IMG/VR virus record: IMGVR_UViG_3300031857_000106
Coordinates: 1-64,000 of that record
Direction: 5' to 3' (one strand)
Length of the DNA stretch: 64,000 bases
Source of the DNA: an uncultured virus (IMG/VR IMGVR_UViG_3300031857_000106)
Taxonomy: Duplodnaviria; Heunggongvirae; Uroviricota; Caudoviricetes
Below, piece by piece: positions 1-8,953 of the stretch. The notes beneath the pieces were generated by a model. The model had not been told where the DNA came from, did no database searches, and saw only the letters and a list, made by a program, of their open reading frames with translations. How positions within the stretch are numbered: the first letter of the stretch is position 1; every line of letters starts with the position of its first letter. The position numbers were made by a program, and so were the translations under genes.

Positions 1-78
1 TGGGACTGCGAGAGATACGATGATTGGATCGAGGCCTTAGACATAGCTTCTAATGACGGTCTCATCATCTTTTGCTGA
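1..78 (+). CDS. 3' end of a gene truncated by the window start
   Basis: Frame 1 is open from base 1 (WDCERYDDWIEALDIASNDGLIIFC) to TGA at 76-78. Confidence 0.5.
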   Translation, partial: WDCERYDDWIEALDIASNDGLIIFC

Positions 79-106
79 TTCCTTTTCTCTCGTGGATAAA
101 TAACCC

Positions 107-634
107 ATGGAGAAGATAGTCGGTAGTTTTCAGAGTTTTAAGAGCATCGGAGATAAGAGAAAAGAGGTCGAGTCTCTAGTCAACGGCGATAAGCCGGTAG
201 ATTTTAAGGGACACGATTTTGAAAGATACGTCTCTTCGATGATCCTCTTCTTTGAATCTTTGGGATTCGTCCTCAAGCCTTATCCGACAATTGAATTCTC
301 TGACGAGAAGAAATACGATAACGAACTTCTCGGATATACCGGACACTATTTCTTCGATCAAAAACACATCGTCCTCTACACTGAAGGCCGACATGTGAAA
401 GACATTATGAGAAGCTTGGCTCACGAGCTCGTCCACCACAACCAATTCATGAGAGGCATCACTCTCGATAACGTCGATCAGATGAAGCTCAGCGATCCTG
501 CATGGTCTGAGAAAGAAGAATTCTTAAAACACTTGGAAGACTATTCATATCTCGAAGGCGATGCCTATCTCAGAGGCAACATGCTCTTCAGAACCTGGAC
601 AGATGCCATCAAGCAAGGACTGATAAAACTATGA
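107..634 (+). CDS. Hypothetical protein with zincin-like HExxH motif (putative metallopeptidase)
   Basis: LAHELVHHNQ motif; preceded by GATAAATA at 95-102. Confidence 0.6.
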   Translation: MEKIVGSFQSFKSIGDKRKEVESLVNGDKPVDFKGHDFERYVSSMILFFESLGFVLKPYPTIEFSDEKKYDNELLGYTGHYFFDQKHIVLYTEGRHVKDIMRSLAHELVHHNQFMRGITLDNVDQMKLSDPAWSEKEEFLKHLEDYSYLEGDAYLRGNMLFRTWTDAIKQGLIKL

Positions 635-1230
635 GAAGAGAGCTCTTCAAAGCATATTACGGACGTTACACTTTCGACGTCGATAAAGCCTATGATTTGA
701 TCAAACAGGGCAAGATAAAAGCTGATGTGATAGATCTCAATTCAAGGATCGCTCAAAGCCTGATCTTTTTCACAGGTGTTCACGATGATCACGTCGGAAC
801 AAAGGATTCTGCATCAGGAGACATTGACGGACTTATGGTCAAGTTCTCTGACCCGGAACACCCTGACGACACAATGATCATTGACGGCAACCACAGAATC
901 AATGCAAAAATCAGAGCTTCTCGTCCTACTGTGAAGCTCCTCTACATCAAAAATCCTGGTGACACTAAAAAGTTTCTTACTATCGATAGAAAGAAGCCGA
1001 AAGATCTCTTTCCGGAAGAAGATGCCGTCATGGAGAAGCTCGTGAAGACCTTCGAAGAATTTGTGAACGAGAAGAAAGAGTCTCCCTATTCAGAAGAGAC
1101 TCTAAAGAAATACAAAGAAGAGCACGAGAAAGGAAAGAAAATCCCTTTTGCAATAGAGAGAAGTCTCAAAGCTCAAGGAATGATACCTCGAGTAGATGGG
1201 ACCACTCGAAAATCAGACATGTACAAATGA
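631..1230 (+). CDS. Hypothetical protein with ParB/Srx-like motif
   Basis: IIDGNHR motif; ATGA overlap with the upstream gene; internal MEKLVKTFEEFVNE segment starting at 1030. Confidence 0.5.
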   Translation: MRRELFKAYYGRYTFDVDKAYDLIKQGKIKADVIDLNSRIAQSLIFFTGVHDDHVGTKDSASGDIDGLMVKFSDPEHPDDTMIIDGNHRINAKIRASRPTVKLLYIKNPGDTKKFLTIDRKKPKDLFPEEDAVMEKLVKTFEEFVNEKKESPYSEETLKKYKEEHEKGKKIPFAIERSLKAQGMIPRVDGTTRKSDMYK

Positions 1231-2081
1231 AGAAAATCACGCTGATCTTTTTCCTGCTCTTGTCAGGAATTTCTTATTCTCAAGAGAGACAACAGAAAGA
1301 AGCTGTTAGAAGCCAGCAGAGCTCTCAGCCAACAAGACAATACATCCCTCAAGAGAGACAACAGAAAGAAATTGTTAGAGAACAAGCTAACAGATCTTCT
1401 CAAAGACCAATTGTCACCGACCCTCGAGGCAGAGGCAATGTCTTCCATCCTGGATGGGATGACTGGGGCTGGGGATGGAACAGATGGAACAGATGGGGTG
1501 CACCCATCGGATATAATTTCTGGACTCCAGGCTTCTACTATGACCCTTGGGGCTACCGCAATCCCACACGAATCTATCACTACAATGACAACCGAAGAGA
1601 TACGGTCAGAGGCAAAGCAACAAGGGTTTCATTCGGAGTCCAAGGTTCAACGGGTGGACAGGTTGGAGCTTTCCTGACTCTTGGTAACCGAGGATACTTC
1701 ATAGCTGAATATAACCAGATCTTTCAGAGAGACGAGTCTCTCTTTTATCCAGACCTCACGATGGACAAAGTTCTTCCTTGGAACGATCAGAAGCTCGAAG
1801 ACATACAAAAAGGCAACATAGTCTATCTCGGTTTCGGAAAGAAGATCTCAAGGACTGGGCTTCACGCATCAATGGGTTTCGGCAGAGCAGAAAAAAGATA
1901 CCAATTCTTCGATGAGCTCTTCATACTTTCCAACAATGGCAAGTATTCAGTCAGAGAATTCAATGAGAACTTTTTCACTGTAAAGATCGGAGCATTGCAC
2001 GATTTTGGCAGAGGAACTTTGAAAGTCGATTATGATCCCATCAGAAAACAAGCTTTCTTTGGAGCAGGTGTCAATTTTTGA
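1227..2081 (+). CDS. Secreted, putative outer-membrane beta-barrel protein
   Basis: Signal peptide MKKITLIFFLLLSGISYSQ; amphipathic strands; C-terminus FFGAGVNF ends in Phe. Confidence 0.6.
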   Translation: MKKITLIFFLLLSGISYSQERQQKEAVRSQQSSQPTRQYIPQERQQKEIVREQANRSSQRPIVTDPRGRGNVFHPGWDDWGWGWNRWNRWGAPIGYNFWTPGFYYDPWGYRNPTRIYHYNDNRRDTVRGKATRVSFGVQGSTGGQVGAFLTLGNRGYFIAEYNQIFQRDESLFYPDLTMDKVLPWNDQKLEDIQKGNIVYLGFGKKISRTGLHASMGFGRAEKRYQFFDELFILSNNGKYSVREFNENFFTVKIGALHDFGRGTLKVDYDPIRKQAFFGAGVNF

Positions 2082-2103
2082 TAAATAACAAAATATAGAA
2101 TAG

Positions 2104-2397
2104 ATGAAACACGTTAAATTATTTGAAGAATTTGACAGAGTGGAAGAGGCTCACGAAGATCTTCAAAACTACATGTTCTTCAGCAACTTAGAATCCATCA
2201 AGCGTAAATGCGAATCTATCCTCGCGATGGACTTCAAAGCTATCGATGAACTCCTCAATGCAGGAGGCCACGACTGGGCTGCAGATCACATTACGGTAGC
2301 CAAAGAAAACATCGATCAGGTAGAAAATTTCTTAGTCGGTCAATTCAAGGACGCTCACCAAGCAGAGCCTGAATTACCTGAGGTTCCTACGACATAA
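2104..2397 (+). CDS. Hypothetical protein with MKHVKLFEEF N-terminal motif
   Basis: ORF track; GATAAATA at 2080 upstream, terminator downstream. Confidence 0.7.
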   Translation: MKHVKLFEEFDRVEEAHEDLQNYMFFSNLESIKRKCESILAMDFKAIDELLNAGGHDWAADHITVAKENIDQVENFLVGQFKDAHQAEPELPEVPTT

Positions 2398-2415
2398 GAA
2401 AAACTTAAAACATTT

Positions 2416-2441
2416 AAAACCCGCTTCGGCGGGTTTTTTTT
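2416..2441 (+). terminator. Rho-independent terminator
   Basis: AAAACCCGC-TTCG-GCGGGTTTT followed by a T-run. Confidence 0.85.
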
Positions 2442-2606
2442 GTGAAACTTTTTGATTCTTTCCTTATATGATTAAAAACCTTCTCATGGAATACTCTATC
2501 AGCACTAGAAGAGGAGATGAGCTGGGATTCTTCATCGGACACAATCTAGAAGGATTGAAAAAGATGATAGAATTCTTGGGGCACGAGATCAAAGAAATAA
2601 AAACAG

Positions 2607-2987
2607 ATGGGACACCAGATCAAACCGGAAGTAACCTGTGGATGCAAAGTACCGAAAGGTTGGGGCGAGGAGCTGATAATTGAGAACAATGAGCTCTACT
2701 GCGGTAAGCTCTTGATCTTCAAGCAGGGCTGTAAATTCTCAATGCACTACCACATGGAGAAAGATGAGACTTGGTACGTCGACAAGGGAGAATTCATCTA
2801 CCGATGGATCGACACTGAGACAGCCGAAGTTAATGAGACCAATCTAAAAGTAGGAGATGTGGTAAGACAACGTCCAGGCCAACCTCACCAATTAGAAGCT
2901 CTAACTGATGGAGTCATATTTGAAGTATCAACTGAACACAAAGACGAAGATTCTTACAGAGTATGGAAAGGGAACTCGCAACAATGA
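2607..2987 (+). CDS. Cupin-fold protein (sugar isomerase-like)
   Basis: KGWGEE...FSMHYHMEKDETW...PGQPHQL...EVST cupin motifs; lies next to rfaE-like genes. Confidence 0.75.
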   Translation: MGHQIKPEVTCGCKVPKGWGEELIIENNELYCGKLLIFKQGCKFSMHYHMEKDETWYVDKGEFIYRWIDTETAEVNETNLKVGDVVRQRPGQPHQLEALTDGVIFEVSTEHKDEDSYRVWKGNSQQ

Positions 2988-3391
2988 AAGTTTGGGTGAA
3001 TGGGACGTTTGACGTCTTTCACCCAGGACATCTGGCTCTGCTTAAATATGCAGCGAGAAAAGGAGAAGTCCACGTCGGAATAGACTCTGATCTTAGAGTG
3101 AAAGAACTCAAAGGACCTAATAGGCCCGTCTTTAGCCAAGAGCAGAGAAAAGAGATGCTTGAATCTCTCAAGTTCGTAGAGAAAGTCTACATCTTTTACA
3201 CTGACCACGATCTCGAGAGGATCATGACTGAAGTAGATCCTACGCTGATGGTCATCGGATCAGACTATGAGAACAAGAAGATCATCGGCAGACACATCCC
3301 TCGCGGAATCTTGTTTTTTAACAGGATCAAGGGCATCTCTTCCTCTGAGATTTTGAACTACACATGGAACAACAGCGACAAACCCGAATGA
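2984..3391 (+). CDS. Cytidylyltransferase-family nucleotidyltransferase (RfaE/HldE domain II-like, ADP-heptose synthase type)
   Basis: NGTFDVFHPGH (HxGH), GIDSD, KGPNRP, GSDY, SSS; start taken at ATG 2984 (ATGA overlap). Confidence 0.85.
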   Translation: MKVWVNGTFDVFHPGHLALLKYAARKGEVHVGIDSDLRVKELKGPNRPVFSQEQRKEMLESLKFVEKVYIFYTDHDLERIMTEVDPTLMVIGSDYENKKIIGRHIPRGILFFNRIKGISSSEILNYTWNNSDKPE

Positions 3392-4227
3392 AGATCACTA
3401 TAATCGGAGAAAAATGCATAGACGAATTTGTCTACGGTGATTGCACTCGGTTGAATCCCGAAGCGCCAACTCCTGTCTTTATTGAGAATTACCGAAAGAT
3501 AAATTTAGGGATGGCCAGTAACGTAGCTGAGAATCTCGTTAGTCTCGGTGGGATCGAAATCGTTAGAAGACACCAACGAGTAGAGATCAGAAAGACCCGT
3601 TTTGTCGATGAGACTTCTAATTATATCTTGCTCAGAGCTGATTCTGAGAAAAACGTGGATCGGATTGAGATTGACAAAGAACTCATAGAACACATCACGA
3701 CATCTGACCTTCTCGTGGTCTCTGACTACGATAAAGGTTACCTACATCCAGAAGATTTGAAGGTCGTAGCGAGCTTCGCAAAGGCCTCAGTGATAGACAC
3801 GAAGAAGCCTATCCAAGATATCTGGGCTCAAGAATTTGACTTCATTAAGATGAATTCTAAAGAGTGGAGCAACTCCGCTCACGAAAACAAAGAGAGATAC
3901 TTAGAGAAAGCAATAATCACGCAGGGGAAAAATGGTGCAGTCTGGAATGGAAAGTCTTACAAGGGTGTGGAAGCAGAAGTGATGGACGTGGCCGGAGCAG
4001 GAGATTCATTCTTAGCTGGATTTGCTCACAGATGGATCAATTCAGCAGGTGATGTCGAATCTGCGATAGCTTTTGGAAATGAAATTGCAGCTCTCGTGGT
4101 CAAACGACGAGGAGTGGTGAATAAAATTGGAGAGGTGGCAGAGCGGTCGAACGCGGCGGTCTTGAAAACCGTTGACTGTAACAGGTCCGGGGGTTCGAAT
4201 CCCTCCCTCTCCGCACTGGTTCCGTAG
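3388..4227 (+). CDS. PfkB-family sugar kinase (RfaE/HldE domain I-like, heptose-7-phosphate kinase type)
   Basis: RLNPEAPTPV, SDYDKG, DVAGAGDSF PfkB signature; the C-terminus runs through tRNA-Ser. Confidence 0.85.
   Translation: MKITIIGEKCIDEFVYGDCTRLNPEAPTPVFIENYRKINLGMASNVAENLVSLGGIEIVRRHQRVEIRKTRFVDETSNYILLRADSEKNVDRIEIDKELIEHITTSDLLVVSDYDKGYLHPEDLKVVASFAKASVIDTKKPIQDIWAQEFDFIKMNSKEWSNSAHENKERYLEKAIITQGKNGAVWNGKSYKGVEAEVMDVAGAGDSFLAGFAHRWINSAGDVESAIAFGNEIAALVVKRRGVVNKIGEVAERSNAAVLKTVDCNRSGGSNPSLSALVP
4129..4213 (+). tRNA. tRNA-Ser(TGA)
   Basis: GGAGAGG/CCTCTCC acceptor stem; GCGGT-CT TGA AA-ACCGT anticodon arm; long variable arm; GTTCGAATC T-loop. Confidence 0.95.
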
Positions 4228-4290
4228 CTCAGTGGATAGAGCAACTGCCTTCTAAGCAGTAGGTCATTGGTTCGAATCCAATCGGGATCA
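4218..4290 (+). tRNA. tRNA-Arg(TCT)
   Basis: GGTTCCG/CGGGATC acceptor; ACTGC-CT TCT AA-GCAGT anticodon arm; TTCGAAT T-loop. Confidence 0.95.
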
Positions 4291-4399
4291 CAGGTCGTAA
4301 CTAGGGTCGAGCCACATTTTGCCACGGTTACGAGTAGGCTCAGGAGGATCAGAGGTGGCCGTGACTACCCTGAGCCACTATATTTAGAGAGAACACTAT

Positions 4400-4978
4400 A
4401 TGAAAATAATCTTCTTAGATAACGACGGAGTCATTTGTCTCGGCAGCAACTGGGGATCACGCCACAAGAAACAGAGAGAATGGGGAAGAAAAATGTCCAT
4501 GTCGATCAGAGAGCTTCCCGTTGAATGCCGCTTTGATAATTTCGATAAGAAAGCAATCAAGGTCCTCAATTCAATCATCGAAGAGAGCGGAGCTGAAATT
4601 GTGGTGAGCTCAGATTGGAGGAATTGGGCAAACTTAGAGGAGCTGGGTGAGTACTATGCTTCTCAGGGAATCTCGAAGAAGCCTGTCGGAGTGACCAAGA
4701 AGATACAGGAGTTCGATACCCCGGAAGACTTTCCTTGGCACCGGGCCTGGGAACTTGAGCAGACGAGAATCTTAGAGATCCAACAATACCTCAAGGACCA
4801 CCCTGAGATCACACATTGGGTCGCAGTGGACGATTTGAGAATGGGAAAGACGGGACTTGATTATTCTGTAGAGTACAACCACCCTTGGGGATTGGAAAAC
4901 TTCGTGAACACTCCGCTGAGCACTGAAGGCATCAAACAGAGCGGAATCAAAGAGAAGATACTTAACTACTTACAATAA
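4400..4978 (+). CDS. HAD-superfamily phosphatase (Swiss-Army-Knife RNA-repair HAD-like)
   Basis: IIFLDNDGV (DxDG), IVVSSDWR, WVAVDD. Confidence 0.75.
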   Translation: MKIIFLDNDGVICLGSNWGSRHKKQREWGRKMSMSIRELPVECRFDNFDKKAIKVLNSIIEESGAEIVVSSDWRNWANLEELGEYYASQGISKKPVGVTKKIQEFDTPEDFPWHRAWELEQTRILEIQQYLKDHPEITHWVAVDDLRMGKTGLDYSVEYNHPWGLENFVNTPLSTEGIKQSGIKEKILNYLQ

Positions 4979-5526
4979 TGACTGACTATTCTGATAGAGA
5001 CATTGAAGTCTTATTTGATGCTCTAGAAAACCCACCTTCACCGAATTCAGCTCTGCAGGAAGCTGCTCAAGCTTACTTAGCAATGACCGCAAAAACGATC
5101 TCTATAGCTAGTGGATATTTTAATCCTGTTCACAAAGGCCACCTCGAACTCTTTGAAAGAGCAAAGATGATTTCAGACATTCTCGTCGTCATCGTCAACA
5201 ACGACCACCAAAGAGAGCTGAAGGGATCTAAAAAATTCCAGGACGAAGAAGAGAGGCTCCTGATCATCGGGTCTCTACGTACAGTCAATCACGCTGAGCT
5301 TTCGATTGACGAAGACAGAAGCGTAAGACAAAGTCTTGAGATGGTCTATCACAAATACAAAGAGATCTATCTTAATCCTAATCTCAAATTCCTCTTTGTC
5401 AACGGTGGAGATCAGTTCTCGAATAACGTAGCCGAGAAGGAAATCTGTGACAGATTAGGAATCGAAATGGTCGATAGCATGGGAGGAAAAATTCAATCTA
5501 GTTCCTCTCTTCTAAATAACCTCTAA
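4978..5526 (+). CDS. Cytidylyltransferase-family protein
   Basis: SGYFNPVHKGH, VIVNND, NGGD, KIQSSS. Confidence 0.8.
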   Translation: MTDYSDRDIEVLFDALENPPSPNSALQEAAQAYLAMTAKTISIASGYFNPVHKGHLELFERAKMISDILVVIVNNDHQRELKGSKKFQDEEERLLIIGSLRTVNHAELSIDEDRSVRQSLEMVYHKYKEIYLNPNLKFLFVNGGDQFSNNVAEKEICDRLGIEMVDSMGGKIQSSSSLLNNL

Positions 5527-5592
5527 AAACTTTTTGGAAACTTCTGAGCATGCGCTTAGTGAAACTTATCGATCTTCTGGCATAAAATAAAC

Positions 5593-5901
5593 ATGCCAAC
5601 ACCTAAAATCAAAAAAATCATTAAGGAATACGGAGATGCTACCGCGTATGAGATCTGGGAAGGTATTAGAGACAATTTCATTTTTGGATTCTTAGGAGCA
5701 ACTCTCGTCGTCTTTATTTCAACTCGAGTCGACGCTGCAGTATTCATCGGTTACATCAGCTACTATTATTTCATGGGAAGAATAGTCAACCGGCCCAAGT
5801 ACGTGACTTCTCTCGGAAAAATGATCGTCTTTCCAATACCTTCTGCTCTCGGAGCTTTTACGGGTTATAAAGTCGCTTATCTCATTCCGCAATTATTATG
5901 A
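5593..5901 (+). CDS. Hypothetical membrane protein
   Basis: About three hydrophobic segments. Confidence 0.6.
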   Translation: MPTPKIKKIIKEYGDATAYEIWEGIRDNFIFGFLGATLVVFISTRVDAAVFIGYISYYYFMGRIVNRPKYVTSLGKMIVFPIPSALGAFTGYKVAYLIPQLL

Positions 5902-7736
5902 GTCTACGGAGCAAAGAACTGAAAGCAGTATGGGTCCTCGAGAACGCGAAAAAAGATCGGAATTTCCACCTGCAGGAGATAGAGCTTCTTTATATTGTGG
6001 CTTCTGTCCTTCAGTGGAAAAAGCTCAACCCAAAAGTTCCTACTCATCTCATCTGCACGCCTGAGGTCTACCAGAGCTTTTGTGATCTGGATCTCGTTTA
6101 TCTCTGGGACCACATCGATCTAGATGTTTTGAAAGAGAAGGATGAAATAGACAGGAAACCGTTTTGGGCCTGTTCGAAGATCAAAGCAATGCGAAAGATT
6201 TCAGCACCTTTCGTAATGATGGACAATGATCTCTTTCTCACTCGAGCAAATGTAATGACAGAGGAAGACTATAAAAATTACGGTGTCGTGGTTCACTATA
6301 AAGAACACGGTCCCGGTTACTATCTCCTCTCTACAGATCCTACGCTATCAGATCTTCCCGGGCTTTACCCGCCTGATGCTAACGGAGACTCTTTCAACGT
6401 CTCATTCCTTTACATCAGAGATGACGATTTTCGTCAGAAATATGCTGACACTGCTTACTCTTGGATGACTCAGCTATCAGATGGAAGAGAAAAGATCCAC
6501 GGAGGTCACATGATCTTCTGTGAGCAGAAACTGCTTTATGACATGACGAAACGCGAAGGCGTGTCAGTTAAAGCAATAGTTCCTGATCTTTTCGATTGCA
6601 CAAAAAACTCTTTTAAGACTTCCAGCGAGATCCAATCTTATCTGAACCACTTGGGTCCTAAGAAAAGAGGAGTTCGAGGTAATCCAGACCTTTTGATCAA
6701 ATTGAAAAGTGATGTACTTTTTGTCTTAAAGGACTATTCTAATCTAAAACATATTTTCATCGCTCTGAAGAGAAACGATGAATTAATGGTAAAGAATGAC
6801 GGTAAATTTTACTTGAGCTCCAAGCTGAATCCTTACATAGAGCCTTCACCTCTGAAACATCAAAACCGAAAAGAGAATAAGATATGTGTCATCTATGCAC
6901 TTTGGGAAGAGGGAAAGTATCTGTCGTATCTCAAATACTCTCTCATGGCTCTGATCACTTCTACTGATGTCAGAGAAAGAGCAGATATCCTCATCATAGT
7001 GAGCGAAAATCTATATCATGCAGCGGTCCATTGTTTTAGCGGAATCTTATCCGAAGACTCTTTCGTAGTCGTGAAAGGCTTTAAAACTCCCAAATATGCT
7101 CTCCCCAACCACCCTAGAGTTCAGAAATACGACTATTTTATGATGCTTGATTCTGATGCTTTTTTTGTTGGATATCGCTCTATCTTCAAAGAGATAGAAG
7201 AGTTCTATTCTGATGAGTCTAACATAAATAGCATTTTCATGCACAAGGACCGCCCGAACGGTTTTCACGAATGGGGTTCCAAAGACGTCTTTTGGAGCCG
7301 TAAAAGAAATCTTTGCAATTCTATCGATGACGAAGAATATGAAAAAATCTTCGTAAAAAGAATGGGCTCTCAACGATTTGAAGAAATGATGCGAGCTGAA
7401 TTTTGGTGGGTTTCTTGCATCATGATTTATACTAAAAAACATTTCAGAGAAGACAGTTACCACTCATTTGTGATGGAACAACTTTGGAATAATCAATGGT
7501 GTGATGAGACTGTCTTTATCTCATATTCTCACATGATGGGTTATTCCATCAATCTCATAAATAATTTCTTCGAATGTTACGATGTTTGGTCTCGAAAAAA
7601 TGAGAGTCTGACTCTCTATCATCCGATAGTCGGCGGTAACACCACCGCGTATTCTAACGAAGAGATGATCGCAGACATTCAGACGAGATATGACGCAGCT
7701 GTAAAGAAAGAAACATTACTAGGAAAAAAGATATAA
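5898..7736 (+). CDS. Two-domain GT-A-like protein; N-half paralogous to 17098-17910, C-half paralogous to 16180-17094
   Basis: DxD motifs MDNDLF and MLDSDAF; shared blocks KAVWVLEN and YLKYSLM.LI.STDV..RADILI. Confidence 0.7.
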   Translation: MSLRSKELKAVWVLENAKKDRNFHLQEIELLYIVASVLQWKKLNPKVPTHLICTPEVYQSFCDLDLVYLWDHIDLDVLKEKDEIDRKPFWACSKIKAMRKISAPFVMMDNDLFLTRANVMTEEDYKNYGVVVHYKEHGPGYYLLSTDPTLSDLPGLYPPDANGDSFNVSFLYIRDDDFRQKYADTAYSWMTQLSDGREKIHGGHMIFCEQKLLYDMTKREGVSVKAIVPDLFDCTKNSFKTSSEIQSYLNHLGPKKRGVRGNPDLLIKLKSDVLFVLKDYSNLKHIFIALKRNDELMVKNDGKFYLSSKLNPYIEPSPLKHQNRKENKICVIYALWEEGKYLSYLKYSLMALITSTDVRERADILIIVSENLYHAAVHCFSGILSEDSFVVVKGFKTPKYALPNHPRVQKYDYFMMLDSDAFFVGYRSIFKEIEEFYSDESNINSIFMHKDRPNGFHEWGSKDVFWSRKRNLCNSIDDEEYEKIFVKRMGSQRFEEMMRAEFWWVSCIMIYTKKHFREDSYHSFVMEQLWNNQWCDETVFISYSHMMGYSINLINNFFECYDVWSRKNESLTLYHPIVGGNTTAYSNEEMIADIQTRYDAAVKKETLLGKKI

Positions 7737-7750
7737 AAAGAAAAAGAAAC

Positions 7751-8953
7751 ATGGAAGACATACGTTGGGGATCTATCATTCCCCTCATCGGAGGAATGAC
7801 AGTAGGAAATAAGACGGCAGCAGGAAATGATCCTAGCGTCATCGTATCATATCCTGCTTTCGGCGACAATGATCAGCATTGTCGAAATTATTTTCAAGAC
7901 ACGCCTTATATTACGATAGATGCAGCAACCAACGTCGCAGAATCTGACATCAAGAGCTACGGTAAAATAGACTTTATGAGCACCGTCTGTCCCTGCGCCG
8001 GACTGTCTCAATTAAATTCAGCTAAGAACACGAGCAAAGGTCGAGGCAGCGATGCTGCTCAGAACGAATGGATGTATAAAAGCGCATCTTTTGTTCTTGA
8101 ACAGGTAAAGCCAAAAGTCTTCTGGGGAGAAAACGCTCCCGGACTTTATGGAAAGACCGGAGAAGGTGTGGTTGATCGTCTTCGCAGAATCGGTGAGGAG
8201 AACGGCTATTCTTTTTCAATGGTGAAGACAGACACTTTTCTCCACGGGATTCCTCAGCACCGCCACCGCACTTTCTACTTTTTCTGGGAAGGCCAAAGAG
8301 CACCAATCCTCTCATGGTACCGTAAAGAAGCTCCTCTCCTTGCGGACTATTTAGATCAAGTTCCTAAAGATGCCAAAGACATGGATCGATATTTTGGAAT
8401 GGGTCCCGCAGAAACAGATCCCTGGTTCAGGTTTGCTGCTTCTGAAGGTTTTACGCCAAAAGATCTCGTGAACTCGCCTAGAGGTTACAAATCAGTGTTT
8501 GATTTTGTCCAAGACGGAAGAATCGATACAGCTATAACTTGGGCTGATGCCAACGAGGAAAAGAAAATGTCCAACTTTTTGCAGAGAGCAAAGAAGAAGC
8601 TAGAAGCCGGAGAAGGTCTCTGGGTCGACACTCCGATACTCTTTAGAGAAGCCACGAACTCTTTGATCGGAAGATACACTTCGATAGTCCATCCTACGGA
8701 ACCTCGAGGCATCACAGTTCGAGAAGCTATGTGGTTGATGGGACTTCCTCATGATTTTGAGCTGAACACTACCAACGTCAATCACATCTGCCAGAACGTT
8801 CCGACGACCACAGCTGCTGATTGGACGAGAGAAGTGATCAAGTTCATCAGAGGTGAAGTAAAAGAATGGGGAGGCCATTTCGTGAAACAGAACAACATGA
8901 CTCAGAAGATTGACATCTCTGAGAAAAAAGTAAAAGTCAACAGCGTGATATGA
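7751..8953 (+). CDS. DNA cytosine-5 methyltransferase (phage type)
   Basis: VCPCAGLS (motif IV PC), WGENAP (motif VI), GIPQHRHRTF (motif VIII), late TVREAMWLMGLPHDF...QNV; motif I is atypical. Confidence 0.8.
   Translation: MEDIRWGSIIPLIGGMTVGNKTAAGNDPSVIVSYPAFGDNDQHCRNYFQDTPYITIDAATNVAESDIKSYGKIDFMSTVCPCAGLSQLNSAKNTSKGRGSDAAQNEWMYKSASFVLEQVKPKVFWGENAPGLYGKTGEGVVDRLRRIGEENGYSFSMVKTDTFLHGIPQHRHRTFYFFWEGQRAPILSWYRKEAPLLADYLDQVPKDAKDMDRYFGMGPAETDPWFRFAASEGFTPKDLVNSPRGYKSVFDFVQDGRIDTAITWADANEEKKMSNFLQRAKKKLEAGEGLWVDTPILFREATNSLIGRYTSIVHPTEPRGITVREAMWLMGLPHDFELNTTNVNHICQNVPTTTAADWTREVIKFIRGEVKEWGGHFVKQNNMTQKIDISEKKVKVNSVI

Noticed and set aside
2468..2683. 71-aa ORF before the cupin gene
   Set aside because: Could be real, but it overlaps the cupin by 77 nt and has no motif, so there is too little support to list it
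4400..4978. HAD protein as GmhB, completing the ADP-heptose pathway
   Set aside because: It lacks the GmhB-type CxH...CRKP segment and has SSDWR/VDD motifs of the RNA-repair HAD type; no GmhA is visible either
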